Source of the DNA: Candidatus Lloydbacteria bacterium
GTDB taxonomy: Bacteria; Patescibacteriota; Minisyncoccia; Phycocordibacterales; 21-14-all-47-15
Direction of reading: 5' to 3'
Assembly (NCBI GenBank): GCA_016214545.1
Contig: JACROH010000003.1
Coordinates: 3,342 to 67,341, forward strand
DNA length: 64,000 nucleotides
The translations under genes were made by a program, and so were the position numbers. The notes under the pieces are model-generated. The model worked only from the letters and a program-made list of their open reading frames with translations, was not told where the DNA came from and searched no databases. This document shows, in pieces, positions 17,599 through 26,412 of the stretch (position 1 is the stretch's first letter; every line of letters starts with the position of its first letter).

Positions 17599-18768
17599 TT
17601 AAGAAATCGCCGCTTTATACACCGCTTCGGCGATGGAGGACGCCACGCGTCTATCGGTGAGCGGGGGTAAAATATTCTCGGGAGACGGCTCGGTGATAAA
17701 CGCTGAAAGCGCCTTCGCGGCCGCTTGCTTCATCGCGGGCGTTATACGCGGCGCCCGAGCAAGAAGCGCCCCTTTGAAAATCCCCGGATACGCAAGGGCA
17801 TTATTCACCTGATTGGGAAAATCACTTCGTCCGGTGGCGACCACCGCGGCCCCCGCATTTTTGGCGAGCTGGGGCATTATTTCCGGCACCGGATTGGCAA
17901 GCGTAAACACAATCGCCTTCGGAGCCATGCTTCGTATCATATCTTCGGTAATCACCCCGGGGGCCGAGACGCCAATGAGAACGTCCGCCCCGACCAATGC
18001 ATCTGCAATGGTTCCTTTTTTGCCTAACATATTCGTACGCAACGCAATATCTTTTTTTATGTCGTTCAAATCAGCGCGGCTTTTTTCTACGATACCTTTT
18101 GAATCGCACACGACAATATCGCGAACGGGCGTGCATGTTTTTTCATCAGTGCCGATGCATGACAATAGTTTTGTCACCGCAATCCCCGCAGCGCCCGCGC
18201 CGCTAATCACCACCGAGAGCTCGTGTAAGTTTTTTCCCACCGCTTTGGCGGCATTCATGATGCCCGAGAGCACTACCACGGCCGTCCCGTGTTGGTCGTC
18301 GTGAAATACCGGAATACCGACATCTTGAAGCCGCTCTTCAATTTCAAAACACCTCGGCGCCGAAATATCTTCGAGGTTTACCGCACCGATTCCCGGGACG
18401 ATATTTTTTACGATACGGATAATCTCTTCCGTGTCTTGCGTGGCAAGGCACAGCGGAAAGGCGTCAATGCCCGCGAATTCCTTGAAAATCACCGCTTTCC
18501 CTTCCATCACCGGAAGGGCCGCTTCGGGGCCAATATTGCCAAGCCCAAGCACCGCGCTCCCGTCGGTCACAATCGCAACCGTATTTCCTTTGCCCGTGTA
18601 TTCGTAGACAAGATTTTTATCTTTTGCGATTGCCGACGACACCGCCGCAACTCCCGGCGTGTATGCCACCGACAAATCATCGCGCGTCACAAGCGGCACT
18701 TTTGACACCATCGCGAGCTTCCCTTTTTTCTCTTTATGTATACGCAGAGATTCCTCAGAATAATTCAT
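17599..18768 (-). CDS. NAD(P)-dependent malic enzyme
   Basis: Start at the ATG at 18768 (MNYSEESLRIHKEKKGK...). LSVAYTPGVA, VTDGSAVLGLGNIGP and GAGAAG motifs. Confidence 0.88.
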   Translation of the reverse strand: MNYSEESLRIHKEKKGKLAMVSKVPLVTRDDLSVAYTPGVAAVSSAIAKDKNLVYEYTGKGNTVAIVTDGSAVLGLGNIGPEAALPVMEGKAVIFKEFAGIDAFPLCLATQDTEEIIRIVKNIVPGIGAVNLEDISAPRCFEIEERLQDVGIPVFHDDQHGTAVVVLSGIMNAAKAVGKNLHELSVVISGAGAAGIAVTKLLSCIGTDEKTCTPVRDIVVCDSKGIVEKSRADLNDIKKDIALRTNMLGKKGTIADALVGADVLIGVSAPGVITEDMIRSMAPKAIVFTLANPVPEIMPQLAKNAGAAVVATGRSDFPNQVNNALAYPGIFKGALLARAPRITPAMKQAAAKALSAFITEPSPENILPPLTDRRVASSIAEAVYKAAIS

Positions 18769-18866
18769 TGGGGTAGTATAGCACACACGCGCTTTTGAAA
18801 AACAAAAACAGCAGAAGACCGAGTAAATTCTTCCGCTCAAAAATTCACAAGAACATCAAAAAATTT

Positions 18867-19700
18867 TTATTTATATTCTCCCTTCTTTTCCTCTGGGAGG
18901 CTTGCCGCCAATTTCTCCATAATGGCATCGGATTGCGCTTGCAAAGATTTTTTGAGTTCGGAAAATCGCTCCCGCTCTTCAGGCGTCAACCGCTCTCCCG
19001 CTTCCCGCTTATGCACCATTTTTGACAAATCCTCTATGCCCGGGATTTTATTCAATTCCATCGGCTCACTGATGTATACATTCACTATCGGTTTTTCGGT
19101 CAAATTTTTTAATTGCGTTTCGTACATGCCGGCAAGTTTCTCCGATTCCAAATTAACGGCGACCGGAAGCACCACTGTCTCGCCTTCGGTGATGTCTGAC
19201 AAATACGATGCCCCGTATCCCCCTTTCGGCAAGCTCCATTTTTGTGTCGGATTATGCGCCGCGATAACCACCGCTTTCCCTTTTTCAAGAGCCTCTTTCA
19301 TCGGCAGAAAATTATCAGGATTAAAGGACGCGCGTTTTATCCCTTCTGTTTTATGAAAATCAATGGGGAGAAAATTTTCCTTGCCGGCAATTCTCATTCC
19401 GATATTCGTGGGCGGTTCAGCGAGAAAAGAGTGGTGAATCGACATATTGGTGATAGCGATATTGAAATGCCTGCCAAGCGCCGCCGCAACAATCGGTATA
19501 TCAAGATCTGAAATATGGGTAGTGGCAATAATCACTTTCTTGCCTTCGGGAATTTGCCGCAAGTGTTCCTCGCCATGAAGTTTTAGTTCTTTTACCGTTA
19601 GTTTCAGTTGCGCCTCAAGAGCAAGGAGCAGACGCTCGGGGGTCTTCTCCTTTTTCTTTTTTTCTTCTGCTTGATTGAAATTTATTGATTCAAAAGACAT
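18867..19700 (-). CDS. Putative acyltransferase (HX4D motif), otherwise hypothetical
   Basis: THISDLD matches the H-x4-D motif of PlsC-like acyltransferases. The other motifs are not clear. Confidence 0.35.
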   Translation of the reverse strand: MSFESINFNQAEEKKKKEKTPERLLLALEAQLKLTVKELKLHGEEHLRQIPEGKKVIIATTHISDLDIPIVAAALGRHFNIAITNMSIHHSFLAEPPTNIGMRIAGKENFLPIDFHKTEGIKRASFNPDNFLPMKEALEKGKAVVIAAHNPTQKWSLPKGGYGASYLSDITEGETVVLPVAVNLESEKLAGMYETQLKNLTEKPIVNVYISEPMELNKIPGIEDLSKMVHKREAGERLTPEERERFSELKKSLQAQSDAIMEKLAASLPEEKKGEYK

Positions 19701-19754
19701 GTATCTTTATTAAACACCCCATCGGATAAAAAGTATACTGTCCTGCGAATAAAA

Positions 19755-19830
19755 TGGGGTGCCTATCCGGATTTGAACCGGAACTGAGGGCTCCACAAAC
19801 CCTAGTGCTAACCGTTACACCATAGGCACC
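19755..19830 (-). tRNA. tRNA-His (anticodon GTG) with encoded G-1 and encoded CCA
   Basis: Hand-folded from G GTGCCTA TG GTGT..GCAC T AGGGT TTGTGGA GCCCT ... TCCGG TTCAAAT CCGGA TAGGCAC C CCA. The extra 5' G pairs with C73. Confidence 0.9.
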
Positions 19831-19952
19831 ATATTTTTGCCGCCGCAAGAGTGCGGCGGCTTTTCTTTTATACCACGATTTTTGTCGTTCTGTCGAGAAA
19901 AAGGACAAAAAGAAAACCGCCGCTTTAAAAATTAAAAGCGGCGGAGCTACTA

Positions 19953-21161
19953 TCATCTTGGCAAATAAACTCTGACCGTGGTCTTCCCCTTGCCGGATTT
20001 AACCACTATCTCGCCTCCGTGCCGTTTGACGATTACTTTTGCGCCAAACAGCCCGAGGCCGGAACCATCTTCCTTTGTCGAAAAAAACGGGTCAAAAACC
20101 TGCTCCAATATTCCGGGAGGAATTTCTCCATCGTTCTCAACTTCAATAAGGAAACTCGTGTACTTTCCGTCATATAAGCTGGTACGACAGGTGATATTGA
20201 TATCACCATGACGCTGCGCCAAGGCTTCGGTTGCATTTTGCAGAAGCTCATTCAAAACTTCTTTGATCTGCGCTTCATCAACCATGACGCTGGCATTTGT
20301 CTTGAGGTCGCGGGAAAACCTGACTTTCTTTCCTTTTTTTGTTTCTGAAGGGAACCCATCGATGACGCCGGACAAAAGCGAACCAATATCCGTCATCCTC
20401 AATTTTGGCTGACTCTTGCTGACGCTCAAGATATGCCGAAGCTTTTTTGTCAGTTTTTCATTTTCAGACAAAATAATCCCGGCATACTTATCGATAACGT
20501 TTATTTTTTCAACAAGCGTTTCGACAGAAAGGGGCGCTTCCATGCATTTTTTAATGCTGTTCCTGATTCGCATCGCAAACCCGGCAACAATCGTGCTTGC
20601 GTTTTTAATGGCATGAGTAATGTGGCCCGCCTGCTCGCCTATTAAACGAAACTTCTCCATTTCCAAAGACTTTTTCTGGAGAGCCTCGACTTCTTCCGCA
20701 TGCTCTTTGCAGACGATGATGGCGGCCATATTATTGGTTATCGTCTCGGCAAGGCGTTTCTCCTTCTTCGAGAAGACATAGTCTTTTGTTTTTGAATAGA
20801 TTTGGACAACCCCCTTTGGCTGCCCCAAAAACATGATTGCGACTGCCATCATAGACGTGTAACCGGCGTTCAAAATCTTTTGGTTGCTAAACCGATGGTC
20901 TTTCGCTAAATCGGGAACTTCTTGAATTTTTCCGGTACGCACCGCGTCTCCGCCGACCGTGCCTTCCACCGGAATAACATCTTCCATCTCCGGCATATCC
21001 GGAGAATGCTCTGAAGAGAACCGCGCGGCCGAAACAAGAAAATTCCCCTCCGGATTCAAAATACGAATACTGCACAGCACCGCGTTCGAAGAGAGGTCGT
21101 CAACAAGCGACCTTGTATTTTCTTCAAACAATCGCTGCAGGTCTTCCTGCGTATAACGCAT
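19953..21161 (-). CDS. GAF-domain sensor histidine kinase (no cognate regulator in window)
   Basis: N-terminal GAF-like region, H-box (GHITHAIKNAST), and a C-terminal HATPase_c (NELLQNATEA...DGSGLGL). Confidence 0.75.
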   Translation of the reverse strand: MRYTQEDLQRLFEENTRSLVDDLSSNAVLCSIRILNPEGNFLVSAARFSSEHSPDMPEMEDVIPVEGTVGGDAVRTGKIQEVPDLAKDHRFSNQKILNAGYTSMMAVAIMFLGQPKGVVQIYSKTKDYVFSKKEKRLAETITNNMAAIIVCKEHAEEVEALQKKSLEMEKFRLIGEQAGHITHAIKNASTIVAGFAMRIRNSIKKCMEAPLSVETLVEKINVIDKYAGIILSENEKLTKKLRHILSVSKSQPKLRMTDIGSLLSGVIDGFPSETKKGKKVRFSRDLKTNASVMVDEAQIKEVLNELLQNATEALAQRHGDINITCRTSLYDGKYTSFLIEVENDGEIPPGILEQVFDPFFSTKEDGSGLGLFGAKVIVKRHGGEIVVKSGKGKTTVRVYLPR

Positions 21162-21302
21162 GACAATCGCCCCCTTTTGAATGAATATTATTTATTGATA
21201 TCAAAGATTAACCTTGTTTTATGAAATCACATTTTTCAAAAAAAGTCAAGGTTTTCTGGGGCCCCGCCGCTTCCTGCGCACGGCGTTCACTTTGTTCACT
21301 TG

Positions 21303-21374
21303 TGCGCAGGAGAGGATTTGAATCTTACAGATTCAGTACAGGTTGTTGATATTTCATTTCATAAATTCATGAAA
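21303..21374. repeat. 72-bp perfect direct repeat, copy 1
   Basis: Identical to 21459..21530 (tgcgcaggagaggatttgaatcttacagattcagtacaggttgttgatatttcatttcataaattcatgaaa). Confidence 0.95.
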
Positions 21375-21438
21375 TATCTAACAACCTTTTCAAATCCTTG
21401 CTCCCGTTTGCCTGTGCAAACGGATGCGCCTCCTGCGC
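21303..21438 (-). other. tRNA-like unit 2: acceptor-like ends closing a hairpin-rich 136-nt imperfect palindrome
   Basis: The minus strand starts GCGCAGG and ends TTCAAATCCTCTCCTGCGCA. The interior has CCGTTTGC/GCAAACGG (8 bp), AGGATTTGAA/TTCAAATCCT, and GGTTGTTAGATATTTCAT/ATGAAATATCAACAACC. There is no D arm or anticodon arm. Confidence 0.6.
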
Positions 21439-21458
21439 ATATTACGCTTCGCTACATA

Positions 21459-21530
21459 TGCGCAGGAGAGGATTTGAATCTTACAGATTCAGTACAGGTT
21501 GTTGATATTTCATTTCATAAATTCATGAAA
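21459..21530. repeat. 72-bp perfect direct repeat, copy 2 (forms the 3' part of the tRNA-Leu-like gene)
   Basis: Identical to 21303..21374; period is 156 bp. Confidence 0.95.
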
Positions 21531-21577
21531 GCGCTACCACCTCAAGGTAGTGCGTCTACCAATTTCGCCACCTGCGC
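21459..21577 (-). tRNA. Aberrant tRNA-Leu(GAG)-like gene: canonical 5' half, non-canonical 3' half (119 nt)
   Basis: The 5' 47 nt GCGCAGG TG GCG AAATTGGTAGA CGC A CTACC TTGAGGT GGTAG is a textbook type-II tRNA up to position 43. The 3' end TTCAAAT CCTCT CCTGCGC A supplies the T-loop, 3' T-stem, 3' acceptor strand and discriminator. The 50 nt in between contain no sequence able to pair with CCTCT (there is no GG at all). Confidence 0.5.
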
Positions 21578-21654
21578 AAAACGTTTTTAGTATAGGCTAT
21601 ATTATGGGGAGCGTCAAAAAAATCGCCTTTCTCGGGCGATTTTTTAATGCGTTA

Positions 21655-22104
21655 TTATTCAGATGCCGTAGTTTGTTCTTGAGAAACTTCGGGTGAATTT
21701 TCAATCTCCTCCTCTTTAACTTTCCCAAGCAGCACATGCTTCAATTTCTTGCGCGCTTCTTTCGCCACTTTTTCGCGGATGTAGTAGAGTTTCGCGCGAC
21801 GCGTCTTTGCGTGTTTTACCACCTCAATACGGTCAATGGCCGTAGAGTAGAGGGGGAAAACACGCTCAACGCCAACGCCGCTTGCCACTTTGCGGACCGT
21901 AAAGGTTGAGCCCTGTTCTTTGCCGTGTTTACGGGCAAGCACAAGCCCCTCAAATGCCTGCAAGCGGGTCTTGCCTTTTTCTTGAATTTTCTGAAACACC
22001 TTTACCGTGTCGCCCGACTTAAAATCAAGCGTTGCCCGCTTTTCGGTACCGGCCGGTATTAGAGATATTGTTTTCCGCACTGTCATAGTAAAACACTCTA
22101 GCAT
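21655..22104 (-). CDS. rplS: 50S ribosomal protein bL19 with acidic C-terminal tail
   Basis: FKSGDTVKV...RLQAFEGLVLARK...FTVRK. Alternative start is the ATG at 22086. Confidence 0.92.
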   Translation of the reverse strand: MLECFTMTVRKTISLIPAGTEKRATLDFKSGDTVKVFQKIQEKGKTRLQAFEGLVLARKHGKEQGSTFTVRKVASGVGVERVFPLYSTAIDRIEVVKHAKTRRAKLYYIREKVAKEARKKLKHVLLGKVKEEEIENSPEVSQEQTTASE

Positions 22105-22166
22105 GTCTTGCTCGTCACCGCAAGAGAAAAGCCCCTCGGGAAAGCGGGGGCTTTTTTAGTATGAGT

Positions 22167-22400
22167 TTATTCCCAATCTGCCATAAGAGACACCGCGTGG
22201 CACGAGCAACACCGAAATCGAAGCGGCCCGTTGGCATCGGTTATTTGTTCACGTGCGGTATTTTTTCCACAACGAGGACAGCAATTGCCCTGTTTGGCAA
22301 AATCGGGAAATTTATCTAACACGTCTTTCGGAATATCTTCCTGGTCCGTGCTTTTTAAAAGTTTTTCCACTTCTTCTCTTGTCAGCAGGTGATCAAACAT
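22167..22400 (-). CDS. Small zinc-ribbon protein
   Basis: CPRC...(19 aa)...CCSC cysteine pairs; 77 aa. Confidence 0.5.
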   Translation of the reverse strand: MFDHLLTREEVEKLLKSTDQEDIPKDVLDKFPDFAKQGNCCPRCGKNTAREQITDANGPLRFRCCSCHAVSLMADWE

Positions 22401-22443
22401 CGCTTTTCTCCTTCAGGAAAAATTGTCGATTGCCTTTGTCTGC

Positions 22444-23757
22444 TTAGAGTATCAATGAATTAACACGCGAAGTCAACTCTGAAATCGGCACGCGCTCCTG
22501 CTTCCCCGTGTCGCGGTCACGCACGGTTATGGTATCGTCCGTAAGCGTGTCAAAATCGACCGTTACACAAAAAGGCGTGCCGATTTCATCTTGCCTCCGG
22601 TAGCGTTTGCCGATGTTGCCGTTATCGTCAAACATCACGGCGCCAAATTCTTTTTTAAGGATCGTATACACCTCGCGCGCTTTTAGAACCAGCTCCGGCT
22701 TATTTTTTAACAGCGGAAACACCGCCACTTTTACCGGCGCCAGATGCGGAGGAAATCTTAACACTACCCGCTTCTCTCCCCCTAATTCGTCTTCCGTATA
22801 CGCTTTCACCAACACCGCGAGCACGTGCCGCCCTAATCCAAACGTCGGCTCAAGCACATGCGGAATAAATTTCTCATTCGTAGTTTGATCCACATACCGC
22901 AAATCAACACCGCTCGTCTCTGTGTGCCTCCGCAAATCAAAATCCGTACGATACGCAATCCCTCCTATTTCATCAAACTTATGCGGATATTTGAAATAAA
23001 AATCCATAGTACGCTTGGAGTAATGCGCCCGCTCGCCGTCAGGAAGCTCCACCTCTTTGATATCTGATTTTTCAAAACCGAGAGCGGCAAACCATTCGTG
23101 CGTCTTTTCTCTCCAGTATTCAAAAAGTTCATTCCATCTTTTTTCTTCGACGAAATATTCAAATTCCATGATTTCAAGTTCTCGCACCCTAAAAATAAAA
23201 TCGCGCGGAGCAATTTCGTTACGAAACGATTTTCCTATTTGAGCAATGCCGAAGGGTAATTTCGGATGAAACGAATCGACGATATTTTTAAAATTCACAA
23301 ACATTCCTTGCGCGGTTTCCGGTCGCATGTATACAATCGACGAGCCGTCTTCAGCCGCTCCGATATTCGCCTTAAACATCATATTAAATTGCCGTTCTCC
23401 GCCAAGTTTTCCTCCGCAATCCGGACATTTATTTTTATCTTCAAGATGGTCGGCTCGAAAACGGCGCTTGCATTTTTGACATTCCACGAGCGGGTCCGAG
23501 AAGCCGGAAACGTGCCCGCTTGCTTCCCACACTTTTGGGTTCATTAAAATCGCCGAATCAACGCCGTACATGTCTTCCCGACTTTCCACAAACATACGCC
23601 ACCAAAGATTCTCGATATTTTTTTTCAGCGCCACCCCGAGCGGACCGTAATCCCACGTGCCCGCAAGTCCTCCGTAGATTTCGGAACCCTGGTAAATAAA
23701 ACCGCGCCGTTTGGCGAGCGATACTATTTTTTCCATTGTTGATTCTTCTTTTTTCAT
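22444..23757 (-). CDS. glyQS: Glycyl-tRNA synthetase (class II, single-chain type)
   Basis: RRGFIYQGSEIYGGLAGTWDYGPLG, the class II motifs, and a C-terminal anticodon-binding domain. Alternative start is the ATG at 23736. Confidence 0.95.
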   Translation of the reverse strand: MKKEESTMEKIVSLAKRRGFIYQGSEIYGGLAGTWDYGPLGVALKKNIENLWWRMFVESREDMYGVDSAILMNPKVWEASGHVSGFSDPLVECQKCKRRFRADHLEDKNKCPDCGGKLGGERQFNMMFKANIGAAEDGSSIVYMRPETAQGMFVNFKNIVDSFHPKLPFGIAQIGKSFRNEIAPRDFIFRVRELEIMEFEYFVEEKRWNELFEYWREKTHEWFAALGFEKSDIKEVELPDGERAHYSKRTMDFYFKYPHKFDEIGGIAYRTDFDLRRHTETSGVDLRYVDQTTNEKFIPHVLEPTFGLGRHVLAVLVKAYTEDELGGEKRVVLRFPPHLAPVKVAVFPLLKNKPELVLKAREVYTILKKEFGAVMFDDNGNIGKRYRRQDEIGTPFCVTVDFDTLTDDTITVRDRDTGKQERVPISELTSRVNSLIL

Positions 23758-23801
23758 ACGATTTCCCTCTGTGTATTATGATACATACTACCTTCCAAAA
23801 A

Positions 23802-25757
23802 TTATTTCGCAACCACTACCTCATCACCTGATTTAAAGCCCGGGTCGGTCGAGAGACGCGTTGAAACCGGCCGCGCGGTTATACCAACCGGCACAAAAGT
23901 AAAGTCATCGTTTGCGGAAAATGCCGCTTCCGAAAGAATGTCGGGTGTCTGCCCTACCTGATTCACGCTCGGGAAAAGCCCCACCTGAAAAGCCACCTCG
24001 CGTGCCTTTGATGAAAACCCGACGCCCGCATCCACCTTTCCAAGCGACCAGAGTACCTCGCCCGACGCCGGATCAAAAGAAATATTCTCTCCGGGAGTCG
24101 TCATTCCTTTCCATCGGACATACGACGGCAGCGTGGCCCGCACCTCCGCCGAGGAGAGGTTATTTGACGAATTCAGTACCGTCCATACAACGGTATAGGT
24201 TGTTTCTTTTTCCGCAACCGGCGGCAAGGATCCCGCATTTGAGAGTGGTCCTACAAAATGCGTCGCGCGCGAAGTCATCTGAAGTCCGGAAGAAAACTTG
24301 ATAACGCGGGTTGATGAAGTCGTAATTTTTGTCGGGACATCCGATTCAGAGGTTCGGTTGCCGCCAATGGTAAGCGCCATGGACACTTCCGGATTGTAGA
24401 TTATTTTGTCAGTACCAAATAATGATTTTGGTTTAAAACTAAACTGCAGCCGCCCTTCCTTGCCTGATTCAATAACGCCAAAGGCCGGGTAGGAACGCTT
24501 ATCCCACGATATAGTATTTCGAGACGAGTCATAGTTTCCTTTTTCAACGCTGATTGTCGATTCGTCGACAATGTCGCCCGAAAGCGTCACCTCTATGCTG
24601 CCGTCGGTCACGCGCACCGGCAGGTTGTTGACCCAAGAAATTTCAACGCGGACATCTTCTCCCGCATGCGCAATGTATTCTTCATTGGTGCTGCCATTCA
24701 CCGCCATCTCCGCACTCATAAACGGCCGACGGAGCGTTATTTCTTGGAACGTAGTGCTATACATAACTCCGAGAGCCTGCTGTCCGGAAGTATTCGCCGT
24801 TCCCACGGCAATGCGAAATACTTTTTTCTCGCTATCTTGCCCGCGCATAATGCCCGTAACCGTAATGGTACGAGATCCGTTTTCCGGCACGTCTCCCAAA
24901 AGCCAGAGCGTCTGCCCCGATGCCGGAGAAGGGGTCGCCCCGCTAAACTCAAATCCGGACGGGTATTCAATTTGCACGGCAAGATTTTGGAGCGCCGTAT
25001 TACTGCGCGAATCAACTTTAATGGCCATGCTCATTTCTTGATTTACGCTCACTTCTTTGAGCGCAGAAATCGAAACGCTCACCGGAGAAGAACTGAGCGC
25101 AATTTCATACGTTTTGTCTTTCACGAAAATGGCGTTGGATCCTTCAACGCGGTACTCCAAAGAAATTTTGATTTGCTCGACACTTTGCTCCTGTCCGAAC
25201 AAAACGGCGCGCACGACTTCATTTACCGTCTGTCCGGCGCTGATATTCCCGAGAGATTTTCTTATGCGAGGCAGCTCTTTTTCCAGATTACCCACGGCAC
25301 GAGTGCCGCTTGGATATTCAATGAGCAAATCGGAAAGCTCCAGGGCAACGTTATTATTGTTGTGTACGGAAATTTGAAGCGCCAGCTCTTCTCCGCCTCC
25401 TATAGAAACCGGCCCTGAAACATCGATCACTATGTTGTCGGGAGAAACAACATTTGACCCGCGAAAAAACACAAACGCCGCGACAACAAGCGCAACGAAA
25501 AAGAAAACGATAGACCCGATAAAAAACCATTTTATCCATCCGAATCCGAGATACTCTTTGGGTAATTCTTGCGGCATGGTATTTTCTTCTTTCCAGGTAC
25601 CGCTCACGTCATATTTTTTTTCATGCAATTCGTGAGCGCCTCTTTGCCCGTCTCCCGATTGTTTGAGGGGGTTTATTTTACGATAGAGCCTTTTCTTGAG
25701 CGCCTCAAGACTGCTCGGTTTATTTTCTTCTGGAGAGAATCGGTCTTTGTTGTCCAT
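23802..25757 (-). CDS. Hypothetical single-pass membrane protein with large extracytoplasmic beta-rich region
   Basis: One TM helix (WIKWFFIGSIVFFFVALVVAAFVFF), followed by about 550 aa of S/T/V/G-rich sequence. No family recognised. Confidence 0.5.
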   Translation of the reverse strand: MDNKDRFSPEENKPSSLEALKKRLYRKINPLKQSGDGQRGAHELHEKKYDVSGTWKEENTMPQELPKEYLGFGWIKWFFIGSIVFFFVALVVAAFVFFRGSNVVSPDNIVIDVSGPVSIGGGEELALQISVHNNNNVALELSDLLIEYPSGTRAVGNLEKELPRIRKSLGNISAGQTVNEVVRAVLFGQEQSVEQIKISLEYRVEGSNAIFVKDKTYEIALSSSPVSVSISALKEVSVNQEMSMAIKVDSRSNTALQNLAVQIEYPSGFEFSGATPSPASGQTLWLLGDVPENGSRTITVTGIMRGQDSEKKVFRIAVGTANTSGQQALGVMYSTTFQEITLRRPFMSAEMAVNGSTNEEYIAHAGEDVRVEISWVNNLPVRVTDGSIEVTLSGDIVDESTISVEKGNYDSSRNTISWDKRSYPAFGVIESGKEGRLQFSFKPKSLFGTDKIIYNPEVSMALTIGGNRTSESDVPTKITTSSTRVIKFSSGLQMTSRATHFVGPLSNAGSLPPVAEKETTYTVVWTVLNSSNNLSSAEVRATLPSYVRWKGMTTPGENISFDPASGEVLWSLGKVDAGVGFSSKAREVAFQVGLFPSVNQVGQTPDILSEAAFSANDDFTFVPVGITARPVSTRLSTDPGFKSGDEVVVAK

Positions 25758-25816
25758 AATAATAGATGAGATACGTCAAGTATACCACCGCGCCCACACA
25801 TTAAGAAGTGAAAAAG

Positions 25817-26407
25817 TTACAGGTGGCTTTCGCGGAGAGAACGCGAGACACTTGCGGTCACGTTGCCGCAATGCGGCTCAAATGCCTTGAGAAGCTCCCG
25901 ATCAAGCGACGGCAGTCCTACAAAACTCCTCCAGGCGGGATTTTTTTCCCCATACCCTAACGCATCAAGAACCGAGAGCGCCGAGAGCGCCTCGACGCAT
26001 GCGAGTTCTTTTGCCGTGAGCTTTTCGGAAGCAAGAAAAAGAGCCATGCGAAAAATGAAGTCAAAAAGTTCCGCATGTTCCGTCTCACCCGCAACAAGCC
26101 TTCTCACGAGCGACGCCGTTCTTGCAAAAGTACGGAGTTTGTCTCGGTCAAAAAAAAGCGCCTGGTATGATGGGAGCGGAATGGCACTCGTAACCCGCCA
26201 CATATCTTTCCCCCGCACCATGGCAATTTCTGTATGCGAGAAATTATCCAGAGCGAAACGCAATTTTGAGCGAAGCTCGCGCGCTCCTTGCACGTGCGCC
26301 CCGACAAGCCCGAGATTTTTGGTCAGGATATACACGTATCGGTTGGATTCGCCAACGGATATTCCTCCCAACACGATACCTTCGGTCGTGTAGATATGAT
26401 GGGACAT
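25817..26407 (-). CDS. recO: DNA repair protein RecO (short form)
   Basis: N-terminal OB-fold pattern (YTTEGIVLGGISVGESNRYVYILTKNLGLV); length 196 aa. Confidence 0.6.
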   Translation of the reverse strand: MSHHIYTTEGIVLGGISVGESNRYVYILTKNLGLVGAHVQGARELRSKLRFALDNFSHTEIAMVRGKDMWRVTSAIPLPSYQALFFDRDKLRTFARTASLVRRLVAGETEHAELFDFIFRMALFLASEKLTAKELACVEALSALSVLDALGYGEKNPAWRSFVGLPSLDRELLKAFEPHCGNVTASVSRSLRESHL

Positions 26408-26412
26408 ACCAT

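Noticed and set aside
21303-21530. Possible CRISPR array or integron attC sites at the tRNA-Leu locus.
   Set aside because: There are only two repeat copies, each 72 bp, with a single 84-bp spacer and no cas genes. The attC core sites (RYYYAAC/GTTRRRY) match on one arm only, and no integrase is present.
21300-21590. Track ORF of 96 aa with an internally repeated peptide (CAGEDLNLTDSVQVVDISFHKFMK twice).
   Set aside because: The repeat is simply the translation of the 72-bp DNA repeat, read antisense to the tRNA-Leu-like locus. There is no SD, and it overlaps a tRNA 5' half.
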